Shown here: one piece after another, positions 17,113-25,586 of the stretch
Layout of the letters: every line of letters starts with the position of its first letter
How positions within the stretch are numbered: the stretch's first letter is position 1
Source: Candidatus Kaiserbacteria bacterium RIFOXYD1_FULL_42_15
Lineage (GTDB): Bacteria > Patescibacteriota > Minisyncoccia > Phycocordibacterales > UBA918
Length of the DNA: 32,406 nt
Assembly: GCA_001783565.1 (NCBI GenBank)
Contig: MFMT01000040.1
Coordinates: 1-32,406, forward strand
Reading direction: 5' to 3'
Made by a program: the position numbers and the translations under genes
The notes under the pieces: model-generated
What the model was told of the DNA's origin: nothing
The model's database searches: none
What the model saw: the letters and a program-made list of their open reading frames with translations, nothing else

Positions 17113-17134
17113 GTAGATCCAGATAATTAAATAC

Positions 17135-18544
17135 ATGACTGATAAAATTAAACAAAACAACGAGACGCAATCTGAAGCCAATTGCATGGAGAAAATAGTC
17201 GCTCTAGCCAAACGCCGTGGCTTTGTCTTTCAAGGCAGTGAAATCTATGGTGGTCTTAAGGGCACTTGGGATTATGGGCCACTCGGGGTGGCTTTGAATA
17301 ACAACATCAAGCGTGAGTGGTGGAAAATGTTTGTGGACAGTCGGGAGGATATGTATGGTTTAGACGCTTCTATTTTAATGAACGCCAAAGTCTGGGAGGC
17401 GAGTGGACACACGGCTACTTTTTTTGATCCATTAGTGGAGGACACCAAAACCGGCGAGCGCTTCAGGGTTGACCATCTTTTAAAGGAAGGTGGAATTGAT
17501 GTCGCTGGTATGACTTTGGCTGAAATGGATACTATTATCAAAGACCGAGAAATCAAGAGTCCGCAAGGTAATCCACTTTCGCCAGCCCGACAATTCAATA
17601 TGATGTTTGAGACCTCAGTCGGAGCTACTGCCGGTCTCGATAGCACTGTCTATCTCCGTCCCGAAACCGCTCAAGGTATTTTTGTGAATTTTAAAAATGT
17701 CGTGGATTCGATGTCGCCCAAAATACCGTTTGGTATTGCCCAGATAGGCAAGGCCTTTCGCAACGAGATTGCACCTCGCGAGTGGTTATTCCGTGTGCGT
17801 GAGTTTGAGCAAATGGAAATTGAGTATTTTGTGCGTGAAAGCGAATGGGAGAAACAGTTTGAGAAACTCCGCCTGGATATGCAAAAGTGGCATAAGCACA
17901 TCGGGCTGTCTGCTGAGAATATCCGCGAGTATGAGGTTCCAGCCAATGATCTCGCACACTACAGTAAACGCACGATTGACTTCGAGTATAATTTCCCTGG
18001 TAAAGGTTTTGATGAATTGGCCGGCTTTGCTTACCGCACTGATCACGATTTGAAAAAACACATGGAAGCTAGCGGAGTTTCAATGGAATACATTGAACCA
18101 GACGGTACCAGATTTATTCCGCATGTCCTTGAGCCATCCTTTGGTGTGGGGCGCACCTTCACGGCCATTTTATGTGAGGCGTACACCGAGGACGAAATGA
18201 ATGGGGAAGTTCGTACCTATTTAAAGCTTCCTGCCCACCTAGCACCATATCGTGTCGCCGTCTCTCCACTCTTACGCAATAAACCAGAGTTGGTAGAAAA
18301 AGCCCGGGCAGTTTTTTCAATGCTAAAGGCGGAATTTGGTAATGTGGCTTGGGATGACAATGGTAATGTAGGTAAGCGTTATCGTCGCCAAGACGAAATC
18401 GGTACTCCGGCCTGCATTGTGATAGATTTTGAAACCCTCGGACAAGAAAAACCCGAATTAAAAGATACCGTCACCGTCCGCAATAGAGATACTGGAGAGC
18501 AAGTCCGTGTTGTTATCAGTGATCTTATGTCCTACTTAAAATAA
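17135..18544 (+). CDS. glyQS: glycyl-tRNA synthetase (alpha2 class II type)
   Basis: RRGFVFQGSEIYGGLKGTWDYGPLG, YLRPETAQGIF, FRNEI.PR, and a C-terminal anticodon-binding domain. Confidence 0.95.
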   Translation: MTDKIKQNNETQSEANCMEKIVALAKRRGFVFQGSEIYGGLKGTWDYGPLGVALNNNIKREWWKMFVDSREDMYGLDASILMNAKVWEASGHTATFFDPLVEDTKTGERFRVDHLLKEGGIDVAGMTLAEMDTIIKDREIKSPQGNPLSPARQFNMMFETSVGATAGLDSTVYLRPETAQGIFVNFKNVVDSMSPKIPFGIAQIGKAFRNEIAPREWLFRVREFEQMEIEYFVRESEWEKQFEKLRLDMQKWHKHIGLSAENIREYEVPANDLAHYSKRTIDFEYNFPGKGFDELAGFAYRTDHDLKKHMEASGVSMEYIEPDGTRFIPHVLEPSFGVGRTFTAILCEAYTEDEMNGEVRTYLKLPAHLAPYRVAVSPLLRNKPELVEKARAVFSMLKAEFGNVAWDDNGNVGKRYRRQDEIGTPACIVIDFETLGQEKPELKDTVTVRNRDTGEQVRVVISDLMSYLK

Positions 18545-19131
18545 TGCTCCCAGAATATTTCGCACTAATCGGCGTAGGTATTGCTTCACTTGGTGGTTTT
18601 TATTATTTATACTGTACCTTACGTGGCACGGTCAGGCCTCACAAAATGACCTATTTCTTTTTTGGGCTTTTTTCATTAATAGCATTTGCATCGCAATTAT
18701 CCCAAGGCGTGGGGATGATTGCCTGGGCAACTTTTATTGCTGGTTTGACGCCGTTCATAATTTTAGTTGCTGCTTCTTTTAACTCCAACGCCTATTGGCA
18801 GATAAAACGAACAGATTATTTGTATGGGATTATTGCCGTTTTGGCTATGGTGATATGGTACATAACCAACGAACCAAATATCGCTTTAGCCCTTGCACTT
18901 ATTGCAGATTTTTTTGTCGCGATTCCAACGCTTATAAAAACCTATCAGTATCCAAAGACTGAAAGCTGGCAAGCGTATGGAATTAACGCGGTCGGATTTG
19001 GTGTAGGCATCTTCTCAATTCACACTTGGACGTTCGAGAATTATGCCTTCCTCGTATACTTATTCGTCGTCAACGTTTCAATAACGGCCCTCGCCCTAGC
19101 CCTAAGAAATGAAAGCCCTGTAGCGCAGTAA
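18544..19131 (+). CDS. integral membrane protein (~6 TM), function unknown
   Basis: Highly hydrophobic 195-aa ORF. The start overlaps the glyQS stop (TAATG). Confidence 0.7.
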   Translation: MLPEYFALIGVGIASLGGFYYLYCTLRGTVRPHKMTYFFFGLFSLIAFASQLSQGVGMIAWATFIAGLTPFIILVAASFNSNAYWQIKRTDYLYGIIAVLAMVIWYITNEPNIALALALIADFFVAIPTLIKTYQYPKTESWQAYGINAVGFGVGIFSIHTWTFENYAFLVYLFVVNVSITALALALRNESPVAQ

Positions 19132-19159
19132 TATCTTTTTGTGGTACTGTATTTGTATT

Positions 19160-20602
19160 ATGTCAGAGAAAAAACCCCGCTATATTACTACCACCTTGCC
19201 GTATGTAAACGCAGACCCACACATAGGGTTTGCTTACGAGTTATTGGTAGGGGACGCACTGGCTCGTTATTGGCGGCTTATGGGCCACGAAGTATTTTTC
19301 AATACCGGGACTGATGAACACGGGCAAAAAATCGCTGAAAAAGCCGACGAAGAGGGCACTCCTCGGCAAGAATACATTGACCACTATGCTAGTAAATTTG
19401 CCAGACTAAAAGAATCACTAAACCTTTCCTTCGATAATTTTATTCGTACCAGTGATTCAGGTCATCAAGTTGCTGCCCAGTCCATTTGGCAAAAATGTGA
19501 AGCCAAGGGTGATATTTATAAAAAGTCATACAAAGGACTCTATTGTGTGGGAGACGAAATGTTTTTACGCGATAGCGATTTAGTAGACGGGCGTTGCCCG
19601 AACCATCCCAACGTCGATCCGGTAGAAATAGAAGAGGAAAATTATTTTTTCAAACTTTCCAACTATCAAAAGCAACTTGAAGAATATTTATCAGACCCAA
19701 CTCGAACAATGTCAGAATCGTACCGCAAGTGGGCGCTTGATTTTGTCACTGCTGGTCTAGATGATTTGAGTATTTCCCGTAGCAAGGCACGTTTGGATTG
19801 GGGTATTCCGGTACCCGGAGATGATGAACAAGTAATGTATGTTTGGTTTGATGCCTTGACTAACTACATCTCTACACTTGGCTGGCCCACAGATACAAAA
19901 GGTGACTTCGATAAGTTTTGGGTAGGTGGAGAAACACTGCAACTTGCCGGTAAAGACCAGGTGCGTTTCCAATCAATCATTTGGCAGGCCATGCTTATGT
20001 CAGCCGATGTTAAACAAACTGACACTATTATTTATCACGGTTTCATCAATAGCGGGGGACAAAAGATGAGTAAGTCGCTCGGTAACGTCATTTCCCCGTA
20101 CGAATTGGTAGAAAAATATGGTACCGAAGCCACGCGCTATCTTCTGTTGCGACACGTCCATCCTTCTGATGACACCGATATTACCTGGGAGCGTCTCGAC
20201 GAATGGTACACCGCTAATCTAGTCAACGGCCTCGGCAACCTCGTCGCCCGCGTCATGAAGATGGCCGAAACACATCTCACTGAACCGGTAGCACGACCGG
20301 AAGCAATTGATTTCGCCGATGAATACGCGCATGCTTTTCAAAACTTTAACCCCCAACAAGCCACTGAGTATATTTGGTCACTAATTGGCATACTTGATGA
20401 ACGGATTACAACTGAAGAGCCATTTAAGTTGGTAAAAACGGATTTGGAAAAAGCTAAAGCTATTATCCGTGAACTGATGTTCGAAGTATACACTATTGCT
20501 CTCTTACTAAACCCCATCATGCACAAAACTTCTAAAATAATTAAAGAAGCCGTCCTCGCCAACAAAAAACCCAATAATCTTTTTAATCGTCTAGATGTTT
20601 AA
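19160..20602 (+). CDS. metG: methionyl-tRNA synthetase
   Basis: YITTTLPYVNADPHIGF (HIGH-type) and KMSKSLGN. I prefer ATG 19160 over the track's TTG 19139. Confidence 0.95.
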   Translation: MSEKKPRYITTTLPYVNADPHIGFAYELLVGDALARYWRLMGHEVFFNTGTDEHGQKIAEKADEEGTPRQEYIDHYASKFARLKESLNLSFDNFIRTSDSGHQVAAQSIWQKCEAKGDIYKKSYKGLYCVGDEMFLRDSDLVDGRCPNHPNVDPVEIEEENYFFKLSNYQKQLEEYLSDPTRTMSESYRKWALDFVTAGLDDLSISRSKARLDWGIPVPGDDEQVMYVWFDALTNYISTLGWPTDTKGDFDKFWVGGETLQLAGKDQVRFQSIIWQAMLMSADVKQTDTIIYHGFINSGGQKMSKSLGNVISPYELVEKYGTEATRYLLLRHVHPSDDTDITWERLDEWYTANLVNGLGNLVARVMKMAETHLTEPVARPEAIDFADEYAHAFQNFNPQQATEYIWSLIGILDERITTEEPFKLVKTDLEKAKAIIRELMFEVYTIALLLNPIMHKTSKIIKEAVLANKKPNNLFNRLDV

Positions 20603-21209
20603 TATGTCAAAACCGCAAATCATTCATATCCACGGTGGTGATTCGTTTGAAACTGATAAACAGTTTTATGAATTTCTCAAGGAACGCGAATATGACCCGT
20701 ATCTACCAGAAGTGCAAAAATGGAAAAACTGGATTAAAGAGTCGGTGGTCGATACATATGATTATATTGCACCCCAAATGCCAAATGCCCTTAATGCCGA
20801 CTACAATGCCTGGGTAATTTGGTTTGAGAAACTTTTCCCCTATCTGCGTGACAATCTAACGTTGATTGGATATTCCCTGGGTGGCGGTTTTTTACTTCGT
20901 TATTTATCAGAAAATAAGTTACCAGTTACGGTATCTAATGTACATCTAGTGGCTCCGGTGGTTGATGAAAAGGATTGTGAAGGAGTAGGAGATTTCAAGA
21001 TAAATTTAAACACCTGGTCTGGCTTTAAGACCGAACCCGTATCACTCCATATTTGGCAGTCAGTAGATGATCCGCTCGTGCCGACACATCACAGTGAGCG
21101 ATTTATAGAGAAATATCCTAAAGCAATCCTACATCGCTTCACTGACCGCGGTCACTTCTTCCAACCCGAATTCCCAGAACTCTTAGAAGAATTACAAAAC
21201 CCTAAATAA
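20595..21209 (+). CDS. alpha/beta serine hydrolase of the YdeN/RBBP9-like family
   Basis: IIHIHGG, the nucleophile elbow GYSLGGG, SVDDPLVP and DRGHFF. Overlaps the metG end by 8 nt. An alternative ATG lies at 20604. Confidence 0.8.
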   Translation: MFNMSKPQIIHIHGGDSFETDKQFYEFLKEREYDPYLPEVQKWKNWIKESVVDTYDYIAPQMPNALNADYNAWVIWFEKLFPYLRDNLTLIGYSLGGGFLLRYLSENKLPVTVSNVHLVAPVVDEKDCEGVGDFKINLNTWSGFKTEPVSLHIWQSVDDPLVPTHHSERFIEKYPKAILHRFTDRGHFFQPEFPELLEELQNPK

Positions 21210-21282
21210 AATTCTCAATTTTCCAACCGCCAGCTACTTTATAGTTGACTACTTTGCTACCGACATAATCAACAGCACGCTT

Positions 21283-21312
21283 AAAAACCTTTCGGTTAAC
21301 CGAAAGGTTTTT
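21283..21312. promoter_or_regulatory. palindrome copy 1 (core AACCTTTCGGTTAACCGAAAGGTT at 21286-21309), also a plausible bidirectional terminator
   Basis: 30-bp perfect palindrome, A5-CCTTTCGGTTAACCGAAAGG-T5(+1). Lies 74 nt after the hydrolase stop. Confidence 0.85.
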
Positions 21313-21427
21313 TCAAAACTATTACGTAGCATTTATCTCTTTAAACAAGAGAACAACCCCTAGGATTATTTTCTTGTTCATCTGGTTAGATGCTAGATGA
21401 CTGTAACCAAAAGACAATAGGGCGTCT

Positions 21428-21883
21428 TCAAACCTTTCGGTTAACCGAAAGGTTTTTGGATCTCTTTTCGCGGTCTTTTTGGTATGCTTCAGAAGCCTGC
21501 GTTTGCCCGTAATGGGGAAGTACCCCGCCCAAATGCAGAATTGAGTCAATTGTTTCAATCAGTTCAATATACCGCGCCTTTCGCTTTGCAATTGCTTCTA
21601 GAAGCAAATCATACCGACCTTCCTGGATACTCAACTTATAGTTTTTAGCAGTTGATGTACTTATCTTGAGAGCTGATGCCACCAAATAGAGTGATTGACC
21701 GTGAGTTAACATAATTATGGCAGCCAAACGCTTAGCCAACATAATCTTTTCTTCGGCTCCTAAAAAACTAGAAAGAAACAGTTCGGATTTCTTCGCGCCC
21801 AGTTGCCCAATCGTTCCGTTTAGTTGACCAAAAAGTGCATCCAATTCGGTTTGCTCTAATATCTCTTTTGATACATTAACCAT
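21428..21883 (-). CDS. TrpR/YerC-like helix-turn-helix DNA-binding protein (151 aa)
   Basis: EEKIMLAKRLAAIIMLTHGQSLYLVASALKISTSTAKNY resembles the Trp-repressor/YerC HTH core. The last 8 codons and the stop lie inside palindrome copy 2. Confidence 0.7.
   Translation of the reverse strand: MVNVSKEILEQTELDALFGQLNGTIGQLGAKKSELFLSSFLGAEEKIMLAKRLAAIIMLTHGQSLYLVASALKISTSTAKNYKLSIQEGRYDLLLEAIAKRKARYIELIETIDSILHLGGVLPHYGQTQASEAYQKDREKRSKNLSVNRKV
21430..21455. promoter_or_regulatory. palindrome copy 2 (core 21431-21454)
   Basis: 26-bp perfect palindrome overlapping the 3' end of the HTH gene. Confidence 0.85.
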
Positions 21884-21894
21884 TACTACTATGG

Positions 21895-21928
21895 TAACAA
21901 ACCTTTCGGTTAACCGAAAGGTTTGTTA
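21895..21928. promoter_or_regulatory. palindrome copy 3 (core 21900-21923), candidate operator of the HTH gene
   Basis: 34-bp perfect palindrome, TAACAAACCTTTCGGTTAACCGAAAGGTTTGTTA, 12 nt upstream of the HTH start codon. Confidence 0.85.
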
Positions 21929-21972
21929 ACAGCGGTTATGGGTTTGATTTGGCTGTTTAATATAAAAGAATA

Positions 21973-21996
21973 GCCGGCGCGTGGGGACGCGCCGGC
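21973..21996 (-). terminator. intrinsic terminator of the 39-aa ORF
   Basis: GCCGGCGCG / CGCGCCGGC form a 9-bp GC stem 6 nt past the stop. TATTCTTTT follows on the minus strand. Confidence 0.6.
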
Positions 21997-22001
21997 CGTT
22001 T

Positions 22002-22121
22002 TCAGAACATGAGCTGGACAATCCTGTCCAGAATGGCGCCGGCCAAAAGGGCTAGTACCAACGTGCTCCGCCGTTCCAAGAATGAAACGCGCACTGGTAC
22101 AGTTAAATCAAAATCATGCAT
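22002..22121 (-). CDS. small hydrophobic protein (39 aa), below the ORF-track cutoff
   Basis: AAGGAG lies 8 nt before the ATG. The peptide is MHDFDLTVPVRVSFLERRSTLVLALLAGAILDRIVQLMF. The minus strand has TATAAT (22154-22159) and TTGACT (22180-22185), though the spacer is long. It has its own terminator. Confidence 0.45.
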   Translation of the reverse strand: MHDFDLTVPVRVSFLERRSTLVLALLAGAILDRIVQLMF

Positions 22122-22185
22122 GCAAGGATCTCCTTTCAGTCATCCCCCTGGCAATTATAGTGTCCTTAAATAAAATTTAAGTCAA

Positions 22186-22215
22186 CAAAACCTTTCGGTT
22201 AACCGAAAGGTTTTG
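22186..22215. promoter_or_regulatory. palindrome copy 4 (core 22189-22212) in the divergent small-ORF/tatD control region
   Basis: 30-bp perfect palindrome, CAAAACCTTTCGGTTAACCGAAAGGTTTTG, 33 nt upstream of the tatD ATG and abutting the small-ORF -35. Confidence 0.85.
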
Positions 22216-22248
22216 GGGTAATAATTACCAGTGTGTTAATATTCATCC

Positions 22249-23073
22249 ATGAGTTTTAAATACATCGATACCCACGCGCATCTCAATTTGGCTCAATTCT
22301 CTGAGGATTCGGGGGTTATTATAAAACGTTGCCTTGAGGAAGAAGTGCGTATAATTAATATCGGCACTAATAAAGTCACTAGTCAGAGAGCTGTTTCTTT
22401 GGCAATAGAAAACGAAACACTTTTTGCTATGGTGGGTGTGCACCCCATAAATACGATTTCTGTTGACCCCGACGATATTGAAGCATTACCACCGGAAGAC
22501 ACTTTTGATTATGACTTTTATCGCACTTTAGCCACGAATGAAAAGGTGGTTGGTATTGGGGAATGTGGTTTTGATTATTTTCACAATAGCGATAGTACTT
22601 ACAAAGAACAACGCGAAGTTTTTCTAGCCCAAATTGCTTTAGCGAACGAATTGCAAAAACCGCTAATGCTTCATCTACGTAATAGTAAGGATGGACAGGG
22701 GAGGAATGCTTATGATGATGCCTTAGATATTCTGAAAGTAGAAGCTAAAGTTAGAGGTAATGCGCATTTTTATGCTGGCACTTATGAGCAAGCTCAACTT
22801 TTTTTTGAGCTTGGCTACACCGTTTCTTTTACAGGTGTGATTACTTTTGCTAAACCGTACGAAGAAATAATTCGTCAAGCTCCACTCGATATGATTCATG
22901 GTGAGACAGATTGCCCGTATGTCGCACCCATCCCTTATCGAGGTCAACGCTGTGAACCGTGGATGGTAAAAGAAGTCTATAAAAAGATCGCCGAGATTAA
23001 GGGTCTTGATGAAGAAATGGTGCGTGAGCAATTACTAAAAAACGCCCAAAAATTATATAAAATAATTATTTAA
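22249..23073 (+). CDS. tatD: TatD-family metal-dependent hydrolase/DNase
   Basis: IDTHAHLN, GECGFDY, MLHLR and ETDCPY motifs. Confidence 0.92.
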   Translation: MSFKYIDTHAHLNLAQFSEDSGVIIKRCLEEEVRIINIGTNKVTSQRAVSLAIENETLFAMVGVHPINTISVDPDDIEALPPEDTFDYDFYRTLATNEKVVGIGECGFDYFHNSDSTYKEQREVFLAQIALANELQKPLMLHLRNSKDGQGRNAYDDALDILKVEAKVRGNAHFYAGTYEQAQLFFELGYTVSFTGVITFAKPYEEIIRQAPLDMIHGETDCPYVAPIPYRGQRCEPWMVKEVYKKIAEIKGLDEEMVREQLLKNAQKLYKIII

Positions 23074-23102
23074 TAAAAATACCAGAACACACGAGATAAC
23101 TT

Positions 23103-24023
23103 TTAATCAAACAAACTGACAAGATACCCATCAATTTTTCGTTGGTCCCAGCTGTAGAAACTGGCGTTGGCGCGGTGGAGGTCTGTGGCTAGGTCAACTC
23201 CGACAAAACGCCAATGCCATGGTTCGAATATATAAAATGTATTGTCTTCAGGGTATGAAAGTCCAAAACCATATTTGTACGCGTTCTTTTGAAGCCAGGC
23301 GTATGCCTCTGTATCTTTGAAAGTGAGGAATGTACCAGCTACCGTGGGGTCAGTTAGGTCAACAGCTGTCCCCAATTGATGTTCAGAATAACCTTGGTCG
23401 GCTGAAAAAGTGTTGGCCCCAGTGCCATATACTTGCGAGTATTGCCCTTTGAGATCGCTCTGGGTTTCAAAAGAACGATAAGCGGAAATAATTTTCAAAT
23501 CTACTCCGGCCTTGGCAGCAGAGTCAATCATTCTGGTAAGAAATGTCAAAGCATTACCTTGAAAATATTGGTCTCCTTTATTAGACAAAATATATTTGTC
23601 ACTGATTTTTTTAATGTTAGCGGGAATGTAATTTTCATTAAGGAAATAAACCTTAGAATACTTTTGCAGTAGTTCAGGGTCTGTCTTAGCGACCTTATCA
23701 AGAATACCGACAGTTCCAGCCAGCTGACTAATTTGATCCTCAAAGTCATCGTTACGGTCGCGTTCAGCATTCAATCTGTCAACCGTTTCAGTCAGGATAG
23801 TTTCAGTTTGGTTGAGTTTTTCTGTCAAGACATCTTTGTCAGTTGTTAGTTGTAATATTGCTTCGGTGGTTGATGCTTGTTCAAGGATAAGTTGATTATG
23901 CAGAAAAACAATTTGTTGGTATTGTGACCATATCAAATATCCAGCACCGAGAAAAGTGAAGCCAAGGATAATCCAAAAAATATATAAAAAGTTATGGGAA
24001 GTTGTTTTTTGTGAACTATCCAT
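23103..24023 (-). CDS. D-alanyl-D-alanine carboxypeptidase (VanY / peptidase M15B) with an N-terminal TM segment and coiled coil
   Basis: SAYRSFETQ, SEHQLGTAVDL and EPWHWRFVG are the Zn-binding and catalytic motifs. Confidence 0.85.
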   Translation of the reverse strand: MDSSQKTTSHNFLYIFWIILGFTFLGAGYLIWSQYQQIVFLHNQLILEQASTTEAILQLTTDKDVLTEKLNQTETILTETVDRLNAERDRNDDFEDQISQLAGTVGILDKVAKTDPELLQKYSKVYFLNENYIPANIKKISDKYILSNKGDQYFQGNALTFLTRMIDSAAKAGVDLKIISAYRSFETQSDLKGQYSQVYGTGANTFSADQGYSEHQLGTAVDLTDPTVAGTFLTFKDTEAYAWLQKNAYKYGFGLSYPEDNTFYIFEPWHWRFVGVDLATDLHRANASFYSWDQRKIDGYLVSLFD

Positions 24024-24097
24024 GATGTCTATTCTAGCACGAAGCCGTCACTTGAATAGGGGTATAAAATGTGTTACTGTAGCGAAGTTATTAGAAG

Positions 24098-24137
24098 TGA
24101 GTGACAGTTTTTTGCCTAGGTAAAAAACTGTCACTCA
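24098..24137 (+). promoter_or_regulatory. perfect 16-bp-stem hairpin in the rpsF 5' leader
   Basis: TGAGTGACAGTTTTTT, loop GCCTAGGT, AAAAAACTGTCACTCA. Ends 16 nt before the rpsF ATG. No U tract follows. Confidence 0.4.
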
Positions 24138-24152
24138 TAACAAAAAATAAGC

Positions 24153-24692
24153 ATGTCAGAAACAACAATGCCAGCTACCGAGGTTGAGACAATAACTACT
24201 GAGCGTGAGCTTGCTAGTTACGAATTGGCCTACCACGTACTTCCAACGGTGGCTGAAGGGGAAGTGACAGGTGTGAGTGATGAACTCAAAAAACTTATTA
24301 CTACTGCCGGAGGTGAAATGTTCGATGAGGAGGATGCGAAACGTTTTGAGCTTGCCTACGAGATTGATAAATACCTTGAAGGTAAATATCGAAAGTTTAC
24401 CAGCGCCTATTTCGGTTGGATTCGTTTTCGTCTCGAGCCGGTCAAACTAGACGCTTTAACTAAGAGTTTTGATGAAAATAAGCAACTACTACGTTACTTA
24501 TTAGTCCGCCTGACAAAAGTTGAAGAAAATGCCCCATTCCGTTTTCATGAGGCGTTGGTTGATACCAATGTCCGGGTGATTGATACTGACGCTGATCCTG
24601 TATCAGGTGATGAAGAGATGGTCAGTGAGGCTGAGGTGGTGGACGAAGTGGAGGTGCCGGATACCGATGTTGTTGAAGAAGAAAAAGTGTAG
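24153..24692 (+). CDS. rpsF: 30S ribosomal protein S6 with N-terminal and acidic C-terminal extensions
   Basis: The S6 core is YELAYHVLP...FGWIRFRL...LLRYLLVRL. The position upstream of ssb-rpsR supports the call. Confidence 0.85.
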   Translation: MSETTMPATEVETITTERELASYELAYHVLPTVAEGEVTGVSDELKKLITTAGGEMFDEEDAKRFELAYEIDKYLEGKYRKFTSAYFGWIRFRLEPVKLDALTKSFDENKQLLRYLLVRLTKVEENAPFRFHEALVDTNVRVIDTDADPVSGDEEMVSEAEVVDEVEVPDTDVVEEEKV

Positions 24693-24716
24693 TTTATTCT
24701 CTAATATAAAACCACT

Positions 24717-25169
24717 ATGTACCTTAACAAAGCAATGGTGTACGGAAATCTCACCCGAGATCCCGAAAAGCGCGTCTTGCCTAACGGCAGTACTGTCTGC
24801 TCATTTTCAGTGGCCACTAATCGTACTTATAATGATAAAGACGGCAAGAAACAGGAACAGACTGAATATCATAATATTGTCGCTTTCGGTAAACTGGCTG
24901 ACATTTTGAGTCAATGGTTAAAAAAAGGACGTCCAGTTTTTATTGAAGGCAGAATGCAAACTAGTAGTTGGGAGAAAGATAATGTCAAACACTATCGGAC
25001 TGAGATTATCGCTGACAACTTCCAATTTGGCGACGGCGGTGGTAATAGTGGGGCTGGAGCATCAGCTACCCCTGCTAGTACAAGTAGCAAGACAGAAAAT
25101 AGCGGCGGAGCGCCGGTACTGCCAGACTACCCTCAGGAAGACATCAATCCCGAAGACATCCCTTTCTAA
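24717..25169 (+). CDS. ssb: single-stranded DNA-binding protein
   Basis: OB-fold N-terminus MYLNKAMVYGNLTRDPE, a Gly-rich linker, and the C-terminal tip EDIPF. Confidence 0.95.
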   Translation: MYLNKAMVYGNLTRDPEKRVLPNGSTVCSFSVATNRTYNDKDGKKQEQTEYHNIVAFGKLADILSQWLKKGRPVFIEGRMQTSSWEKDNVKHYRTEIIADNFQFGDGGGNSGAGASATPASTSSKTENSGGAPVLPDYPQEDINPEDIPF

Positions 25170-25182
25170 AAATAAAATCACT

Positions 25183-25269
25183 TCATCTGCTTCGTCAGAC
25201 TGCGGTAATTTTAGACTCACCGTACCGACGTACGGCTCGTCTAAAATTCCTTGTCTTCCTCGCATCTAA
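25183..25269 (+). repeat. 87-bp exact repeat, copy 1 (after ssb)
   Basis: Identical base for base to 25587-25673. Contains the hairpin AATTTTAGAC..CCGTAC-CGAC-GTACGG..GTCTAAAATT (25207-25248). Confidence 0.95.
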
Positions 25270-25362
25270 AGCAATTTTAATTTTAGAAAAATATACTCCG
25301 AAAACTTATCTCAAATCTCTAAAAATATCTGAAACTAGAAATTAAAATACTAAAAACTAATT

Positions 25363-25566
25363 ATGGAACAACACAACCTACATAAGAAAGCAACTGTACA
25401 ACACATTGATTACAAAGATATTACCCGTCTTGGTAATTACATCAATCCACACGCTCGCATGAACAGTCGCAAGCGCACTGGTTTTACCGCCAAAGCACAA
25501 CGCGACTTCGCCCAAGCAATCAAACGGGCTAGATTTATGGCCTTGATGCCGTACATCAGTAGATAA
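25363..25566 (+). CDS. rpsR: 30S ribosomal protein S18
   Basis: IDYKDITRLGNYI..RKRTGFTAKAQRDFAQAIKRARFMALMPY. Confidence 0.95.
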   Translation: MEQHNLHKKATVQHIDYKDITRLGNYINPHARMNSRKRTGFTAKAQRDFAQAIKRARFMALMPYISR

Positions 25567-25586
25567 TTTAAATTTCCCCCAATAAC

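Noticed and set aside
21322-21558. 78-aa ORF (-) between palindrome copies 1 and 2
   Set aside because: It overlaps the 3' end of the better-supported TrpR-like gene in another frame and runs through palindrome copy 2. It has no RBS.
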